DNA from: an uncultured Candidatus Poseidoniales archaeon | GTDB taxonomy: Archaea; Thermoplasmatota; Poseidoniia; Poseidoniales; Thalassarchaeaceae | Direction of reading: 5' to 3' | Assembly (NCBI GenBank): GCA_964401115.1 | Contig: CAYNXD010000052.1 | Span: 14-64,013 of the forward strand | DNA: 64,000 nt | Shown here: piece after piece, positions 58,175-64,000 of the stretch | Layout of the letters: every line of letters starts with the position of its first letter | Numbering within the stretch: the first letter of the stretch is position 1 | Program-made: the position numbers and the translations under genes | Notes under the pieces: model-generated | The model's input: only the letters and a program-made list of their open reading frames with translations | Databases searched by the model: none | What the model was told of the DNA's origin: nothing

Positions 58175-60877
58175 TCAGAAAGAGAAGAGAGTCGCCTGCC
58201 GATTTCCTTTGATGAGATCATCAGCTGACCAACCGAATGCTTCTGTAATTCTACCTAATGCTGTGGCTAATCTTTTGATATAGAATTCTGGATCATAATC
58301 TGTTTGAACTTCTCCAGTTTCATCTTCTAGCCATGCTGTAATTCCCATCGGACTTTTACTTGCATCAGTAACCAACCAGCCAACCTTCATTCCGGGAGTG
58401 AAAGCCAAACCAGCTGCTATTCGTTGCTTAGCCGCCCTAACATTAACCAATCTATCTGGGTTAGCATATACCGAAGTAAAATCAATTTCACCATTATTAC
58501 CTACCTTACCTTTGCACGATTTACTGATTACAAGATCCCTCGGACTTACATCTCCATTCCTGACTCTCTTGATTAAATCAATACAATGTTGCACTGCTTG
58601 GTCAGATTCACCACCAAGAATCATCTCAAAAAGTTGGGTCATAACATCGGTTAGTATGGTGAAAGAATCTGTTCTGCGCACCTCATAACCACGAATGAGT
58701 AATTTGGATTCTGGCCAAACCATCTGCCCAACATATCTTTTCTTTGCTCCATGGCTGAAAAATGATGAAAGTCCTGTTTCAAATTCAAGTTCAGCACCTT
58801 CTTTTGTGAAACGTTCAGCAATCTCTTGTCCGAATTTAACTAAGTCGTTAACTACTTCGTTCCAAGATTCCAAATCATCACCTTCCGTTGGCTCTTTGTC
58901 AGGCACCCCTTCCTTCACAGGCGCTTGAACAAAGACACTGTCAGTATCACTATACACTACGTGATGGTTTTCCTCTTCGAGTTGTTTAATGATGCTCTTA
59001 ATGTTAGAACGTGCCCAGGCTGTAATTGATGAACCAAGGTCTTCATGAGTAAAACGATAAAATTTGGAAGCGAATACGCCATAGAAAGAATTCATCAGAA
59101 TCTTCACCGCAAATTGCATTTCATAATGAAATTGTTCTGATGCGACATCACCTGATTCTTGAGCCTCTTTGAGAGCCGATTTATGGTGCGTCCTCAAATC
59201 CATTAAATCCTCTAACAAACGTGGAACTAAACCACGTCGTGTTTCTGCTGGAAGATACTTAGCACCATGAGGCGACTCGTGGAAACCGTCTTTTGGAACC
59301 TCGTCAGGTCTTGCCTTCTCATCTATTCTAGTTGTATAACATATGTTATTGGAAATCATAATTGCAGGATACATGGATTTGAAATCTAATACAGCAATCC
59401 AACGATGTACTCCTGCTTCCACCTCATGCACATATCCACCAACAATTTGGTCTCCACCACCGCCCCTATTAGTTCTTGGAACTGCAACATTCTCCCTATC
59501 CGCAAGTCGAATTACAAGACTATCAATCCACTGAGAAGTTGTTCCAGAAATTGCAATCTCCAGAGGCACCGCTGCTACCGAAGCCAAAGCCTCCTTACGT
59601 TTAACTGCTGAAATCTTTTTCAATATTCTAAGTGGAAGAATTGTATCTTGAACACAATATTTCATTACTACATCTGGACGTTCTGCCCATTCTTTGTCCA
59701 TCTTTGAAGCATCGACATCCATCTTGTGTAAATCCTCATCATCTGGCCAAAGTAGTCTGCACACATACTTCAGCGTCTCACGCTTTGGGCGTAACACCAT
59801 TCTTGCTTGCCACCAAGCATCTAGAACACAGCGACCATAGATGCGCCAAGTTCTGCGATTTGTCTCTCTGCCAGGAATTAATCTATCTCCTTCAGATTCG
59901 ATGATTGGAACTCTACCCCATCCAAACATATCAGCTGAAGCCGAAAAATCTCCTCTTTTGGCAAGCGCTCTAGCACGCATTTGTATTCTTGGTAAATCGA
60001 AGTTGTCAATATTGTATCCAGTAATTATGTCGGGATCTTTTTCTCTAACCAACCGAGAAATCCCTGAGAGAATGTCTGTTTCACTTCCTTTGAACTCGTA
60101 AATCTCTTCCCGCTCACCTTGTTGAATTACTACTGCAGCACAGAGAATTGTCTCTTCGACAATAGATGTCTCAAGATCAAATGACATCATTACAAATGGA
60201 GTTGGAAATGGTTCGCTTCTCTCAATATTAGAATAATCGCAAGTCACTATCAAATCAACCGGATACAGGCCAGAGCCACCTGCGGTTTTGATTCTCTGAG
60301 CCGCATCCATCCGGGATGATTCTCCTTTGTACGACTCTGGTAATTCTGCAAGCAATTCGGATGGCGCACCTTCTCCCGCCCACAATACTTCACAATCACT
60401 ACTGATATGTGGGCCAATGTCATTGTCCAAGAAAAGACGATTTACAAATGGGATATCGGCATTAGTTAGTTCCCAATCCTTCTCCAATTTATTCCGTATT
60501 TGATGACTGGTTCCTGTCATCATCCACGGCCTCTTAATTTCAACCTTCCAATGAGGTTTTACTCCAAGGCGAGACCACTTGTCAACTGGTTCGTGAATCT
60601 TTGTTACTCCCTTAATTGAACTGACTTGTTTTAGTAATGATTGCGCGTCTTGATTACCATTCGGCCTACCTGGTTGGCTAATCTCAAACCAAGGCTTCAT
60701 TCCTGATACAATGATTAGGACTGAATGACCCTCTCTCGCCCTGCACCACAACTCAATTACGGTATCGGAACGAGTTGGCGAGTCCATGATATACGAGGCT
60801 TGAACAACGCAACTCTGGACATTTGTTGTTGTCATTCGTTTCACCTCACTGCGGCCGTGTCCAATCAACCCTCGCAA
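58175..60877 (-). CDS. polB: family B DNA polymerase
   Basis: Exo I FDLET, motif A DFKSMYPAIM, motif B KILMNSFYG, motif C YSDTDSVFV. Confidence 0.9.
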   Translation of the reverse strand: MRGLIGHGRSEVKRMTTTNVQSCVVQASYIMDSPTRSDTVIELWCRAREGHSVLIIVSGMKPWFEISQPGRPNGNQDAQSLLKQVSSIKGVTKIHEPVDKWSRLGVKPHWKVEIKRPWMMTGTSHQIRNKLEKDWELTNADIPFVNRLFLDNDIGPHISSDCEVLWAGEGAPSELLAELPESYKGESSRMDAAQRIKTAGGSGLYPVDLIVTCDYSNIERSEPFPTPFVMMSFDLETSIVEETILCAAVVIQQGEREEIYEFKGSETDILSGISRLVREKDPDIITGYNIDNFDLPRIQMRARALAKRGDFSASADMFGWGRVPIIESEGDRLIPGRETNRRTWRIYGRCVLDAWWQARMVLRPKRETLKYVCRLLWPDDEDLHKMDVDASKMDKEWAERPDVVMKYCVQDTILPLRILKKISAVKRKEALASVAAVPLEIAISGTTSQWIDSLVIRLADRENVAVPRTNRGGGGDQIVGGYVHEVEAGVHRWIAVLDFKSMYPAIMISNNICYTTRIDEKARPDEVPKDGFHESPHGAKYLPAETRRGLVPRLLEDLMDLRTHHKSALKEAQESGDVASEQFHYEMQFAVKILMNSFYGVFASKFYRFTHEDLGSSITAWARSNIKSIIKQLEEENHHVVYSDTDSVFVQAPVKEGVPDKEPTEGDDLESWNEVVNDLVKFGQEIAERFTKEGAELEFETGLSSFFSHGAKKRYVGQMVWPESKLLIRGYEVRRTDSFTILTDVMTQLFEMILGGESDQAVQHCIDLIKRVRNGDVSPRDLVISKSCKGKVGNNGEIDFTSVYANPDRLVNVRAAKQRIAAGLAFTPGMKVGWLVTDASKSPMGITAWLEDETGEVQTDYDPEFYIKRLATALGRITEAFGWSADDLIKGNRQATLFSF

Positions 60878-60960
60878 TGCGGGAAGGGGTAACGGTTGAT
60901 AACCGAGGCCTCCTCTTGCGGGTTGACTGGACTAGCACGGTTCCGAGGGGGTGAGAGAAA

Positions 60961-62004
60961 ATGAGTGAGGATGTGTCAATTGATTGGGACTCCCTGACCT
61001 TCAGTTTTACACCAACCGACATGATGTATCGGGCAACCTGTAAACTAGGAGAAGAATGGCAGCCTGGGGAAATGATCCCTTACGGAGACATCACTATTTC
61101 GCCAGCTGCAGGAGTTCTAAATTACGGACAGGGATTATTTGAGGGAATGAAAGCTCAGAGAAGTGTTAACGGCGGAATTGTTCTATTCAGGCCTGAAAGA
61201 AATGCCATGAGGATGACTGATGGTGCCCGAAGGCTTGGTATGCCGGAAGTGCCAGTTGAAATGTTTCTAGATGCCGTTAATCAAGTAGTTGCGGCAAACG
61301 CTCGATGGGTCCCCCCAACTGGAAAGGGCGCTCTATACGTAAGACCAGTGCTCTGGGGTACTGGCGCCATTCTTGGTGTTGCTCCAGCACCAGAATATGT
61401 ATTCATGGTCTATGTTTGTCCTGTTGGGCCGTACTTCAAAGGGGGAATGCATCCTATTGCCCTCAAAGTCTCAGATGATCATCACCGTGCGGCGCCTGGC
61501 GGTTCAGGAGCAGTGAAGGCTATCGGGAACTATGCACCTGGAATGATGCCTAGCAAGAATGCAAAGAAGGATGGTTTCGCTGAAATTATTTATCTTGATT
61601 CGACGGAACATCGCTACATCGAAGAAGTAGGTGCTGCAAATTTCTTTTGTGTCAAAGATGGCGTCATATATACTCCGGAATTAACCGGAACAATACTACC
61701 AGGTATTACCCGAGCGAGCATCATAGAATTAGCTCGTAATAGAGGATATGACGTGATTGAAGAAAAGGTGGATATCAAATTCGTGCTTGAGGCTGACGAG
61801 TGTTTCTGTGCTGGTACTGCTGCAGTAATTTCACCAATTGGAGCAATATGTCAAGGAGATATATGCACTAGTTATTGCAATAACCAAGTTGGACCAGTAA
61901 CTCAGGAATTATATGACTCACTAACCTCAATTCAAACTCAAGCATCAACAGATGAATTTGGTTGGATAAAGGCCGTCCCGGTGCCTGAAATTACAGTTGA
62001 ATGA
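60961..62004 (+). CDS. ilvE: branched-chain amino acid aminotransferase (fold type IV)
   Basis: Fold-IV layout, EEVGAANFFCVKDG segment, 347 aa. Confidence 0.7.
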   Translation: MSEDVSIDWDSLTFSFTPTDMMYRATCKLGEEWQPGEMIPYGDITISPAAGVLNYGQGLFEGMKAQRSVNGGIVLFRPERNAMRMTDGARRLGMPEVPVEMFLDAVNQVVAANARWVPPTGKGALYVRPVLWGTGAILGVAPAPEYVFMVYVCPVGPYFKGGMHPIALKVSDDHHRAAPGGSGAVKAIGNYAPGMMPSKNAKKDGFAEIIYLDSTEHRYIEEVGAANFFCVKDGVIYTPELTGTILPGITRASIIELARNRGYDVIEEKVDIKFVLEADECFCAGTAAVISPIGAICQGDICTSYCNNQVGPVTQELYDSLTSIQTQASTDEFGWIKAVPVPEITVE

Positions 62005-62011
62005 AGTTGTA

Positions 62012-63319
62012 TCAATCTTCTGAATCGAATCTATCAAGGGTTGTACTCATAGCAGAAAGTTCATCTCGAATACGATCCTTGTCTTTGGAACTCAGAGATG
62101 TATCTGCAAGTTTCTTTTCCAAATTTTCAACGCTAGACTTCAGCGTGTCTCTTTCCTCAAGATAGAAATCCTCATCCTTAGACATCTGAGCACGTGCTTT
62201 CTTCTGACTAGCTCGCTTACGTTTCTTAGATGTTTCAGAACGATTTGCTGGTGACTCCTGAAGTTCTACTGAAGTAGGGAACGGAATTTCAATTCCTTCC
62301 TCATCAAACCGCTCAAAAACTCTCTGAAGAATCCAATCACGAGCGGGCCACTGGTCTGCATAATTATCAATCCATGCAAAAATTCTGAAAATTATTGAAT
62401 ACTGTCCAAGATCATTCATCAAAACCCGTGGGCTAGGATTATCCACTGTGTAGGGGCATTCCTTAGCCACATCAACAAGTACCTGTTTCACATGTGGAGG
62501 TTCTTCTCCATAAGAAACCCCTACGTCTATGAGAAGATTGATTCTACGTGGTTGCCCATCGCCACCACCTCGTGCCATGTTACGAATCTTATTCTGAACC
62601 AATGTGTTGTTAGGAATTACAACCAATTCTTCAGAATGAGTAAGAATCTTTGTTGATAGGATACCTGTCGATACTACTCTACCCTCAGTACCATCAACCT
62701 CAATACGATCACCTACATCGAACGGGCTATCCATGGCTAACATAAATGAGTTGAGAATATTACCAATCGTATGCTGTAGTGAGAGACCGATTATTAATGA
62801 AAATAGAGCGAAGGATGCTGCAATACCAGCCATCTCAATTTCAAGACCAATTAGAATGGAGTAAATACCTACGAACCACACAATCATTCTCGCAAAGATG
62901 CTAATGAAGTGATTTCCGCCAGTGACTGATACCCCTTGATTATCTGATTTTATCCAAGTCATTAATGGAGGAGTAATTACCTTAATCGAACTACTTAACA
63001 TACTAGTGAATATTAGAATAAATACGGAATTTATGAAAGGAAATATTGAATCAAGAAGTTCTGGGGAAAGCCAAGCTAGAGAGACGTTGAAACAAATTAC
63101 GAGAATGAATAACATCGACCGTGGTTCTAAAGCGCTATACAGATCGTTATCCCAACCAATCTCAGTATCATTAACAAAATCACTTAATTTCTTGAACAGA
63201 AAATATTTGATGATGGCTAGGAACATCAAGCTAGTTCCAACACAGAAGCCTATTTTCCCTAATGTTGGTAATGTTTCAAGCCAATCAATGAATTGTGTTA
63301 TCTCTTCAGGTATTTCCAT
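62012..63319 (-). CDS. MscS-family mechanosensitive channel with C-terminal extension
   Basis: MscS domain FDVGDRIEVDGTEGRVVSTGILSTKILTHSEELVVIPNNTL preceded by TM helices. Confidence 0.75.
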   Translation of the reverse strand: MEIPEEITQFIDWLETLPTLGKIGFCVGTSLMFLAIIKYFLFKKLSDFVNDTEIGWDNDLYSALEPRSMLFILVICFNVSLAWLSPELLDSIFPFINSVFILIFTSMLSSSIKVITPPLMTWIKSDNQGVSVTGGNHFISIFARMIVWFVGIYSILIGLEIEMAGIAASFALFSLIIGLSLQHTIGNILNSFMLAMDSPFDVGDRIEVDGTEGRVVSTGILSTKILTHSEELVVIPNNTLVQNKIRNMARGGGDGQPRRINLLIDVGVSYGEEPPHVKQVLVDVAKECPYTVDNPSPRVLMNDLGQYSIIFRIFAWIDNYADQWPARDWILQRVFERFDEEGIEIPFPTSVELQESPANRSETSKKRKRASQKKARAQMSKDEDFYLEERDTLKSSVENLEKKLADTSLSSKDKDRIRDELSAMSTTLDRFDSED

Positions 63320-63329
63320 TTATTTCACC

Positions 63330-64000
63330 TCAATTTTTCAATAATTCTCGAGCTTGATCGAAAACCTTCTCTCTAGACAGACGCCCAGGGAAATATCCAA
63401 TCGCTTCGTCAATCTGATTTTCTATTTCTGGAGTAACTTTCGATAATTGCTTCAACGTGAAAATTCCAGCATCGTTCAACTTACCTTGTAAGACTGGGCC
63501 GATTCCTTTGATCTTCGTGAGGTCATCTTTTTCCGAGGCGGTTGCGGTCCCTATGGTATCAAAATCAACCTTATTGGCAGCGGCGGCATTTAATGCATTA
63601 ATTTCAGCTTCCTTAGCAGCCAATTGTGCATCTAACTCAGCTAATTTGGCCTTCTTCTCTGAGATGGTTGCATCTTCATCTGATCCATAAATCTCATTAT
63701 ATTCCTCTTCCTTATTTTTGACTGATTGTTTTTTCAATTCATCATCTTCATCATCAAAAGCATCGTCGATTTCAAAGACCACAAATTGTTCATCTCGCTC
63801 ATCGTCGCTACGACGATATAGAAGAGCGAATATCAAAAGAAGCATTAACAGAAGAATACAGCAACTCCAAATGCTGAATATATTGAGATTCTCTGAATTC
63901 TCAATTATATCTTCTTCATTTTCTCCGTCACCACTTATTTCGGCTTTTGGATCTAGGATATCGCAAACTCCGTTGTCATCATCATCAACAGGAACATCTT
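63330..64000 (-). CDS. single-pass membrane protein, 5' partial, with acidic juxtamembrane segment, short coiled coil and C-terminal helix-hairpin-helix motif
   Basis: Frame stays open upstream of the listed Met to the window edge; TM IFSIWSCCILLLMLLLIFALLY followed by RR and an acidic run; HhH LTKIKGIGPVLQGKLNDAGIFTLKQL. Confidence 0.5.
   Translation of the reverse strand, partial: DVPVDDDDNGVCDILDPKAEISGDGENEEDIIENSENLNIFSIWSCCILLLMLLLIFALLYRRSDDERDEQFVVFEIDDAFDDEDDELKKQSVKNKEEEYNEIYGSDEDATISEKKAKLAELDAQLAAKEAEINALNAAAANKVDFDTIGTATASEKDDLTKIKGIGPVLQGKLNDAGIFTLKQLSKVTPEIENQIDEAIGYFPGRLSREKVFDQARELLKN

Noticed and set aside
1-64000. CRISPR arrays, transposases/IS elements, integrases, restriction-modification or toxin-antitoxin genes
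   Set aside because: No regularly spaced direct repeats, no DDE/serine/tyrosine recombinase motifs and no nuclease or methyltransferase signatures were seen. The tRNAs flank core ribosomal genes, so an integrated element is not indicated.

Overview
This window looks like a chromosomal segment from a low-GC marine archaeon, possibly a Marine Group II / Poseidoniales-type euryarchaeon. The organism assignment is inference, not a search result. The supporting signs are archaeal ribosomal proteins L7Ae, S28e, L24e and S10, aEF-1alpha, aIF5B, a family-B DNA polymerase, a GINS-like protein, geranylgeranyl reductase and very large glycosylation-sequon-rich surface proteins.

The window is gene-dense. 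I call about 48 protein genes, two tRNAs (Ile-GAU on +, Leu-CAA on -), no CRISPR array and no obvious transposase.

Housekeeping content includes:
- an Lhr-type helicase (5' partial)
- FolC
- dCMP deaminase
- SerRS
- a four-gene biotin-dependent acyl-CoA carboxylase plus crotonase operon
- an FKBP-type peptidyl-prolyl isomerase
- a CcmF-like heme-handling protein
- a geranylgeranyl reductase / UbiD / UbiA trio
- UvrB
- a RimK-like ligase
- deoxyhypusine synthase
- PRPP synthetase
- the conserved L7Ae-S28e-L24e-NDK-aIF5B operon
- EF-1alpha-S10
- PolB
- a branched-chain aminotransferase
- an MscS channel

The most unusual part is a co-directional block on the minus strand at 38.4-47.5 kb. It reads heavy-metal P-type ATPase -> ArsR-like winged HTH -> multi-zinc-ribbon protein -> 850-aa Glu/Arg-rich pure coiled-coil protein -> 852-aa type-I membrane protein. 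That last protein has a beta-propeller plus thrombospondin-type-3 calcium-binding ectodomain and a cytoplasmic tail carrying a clear SAP/HeH DNA-binding motif. A second single-pass membrane protein at the right edge carries a cytoplasmic helix-hairpin-helix motif.

The largest non-coding region (30085-30641) is packed with CAATTG palindromes and a composite ATTATCCGTC-N4/5-CAATTG element. Copies or near-copies of that element recur upstream of the coiled-coil gene and the ATPase gene, suggesting a shared regulatory motif.

Other notable items are a presenilin/signal-peptide-peptidase-like (A22) intramembrane protease with a large inserted ectodomain, a ParA-plus-ribbon-helix-helix partition-like pair next to an orphan MoxR ATPase, a 2119-aa Asp-box/BNR surface protein, and a GINS-like protein with a long acidic linker near PolB.
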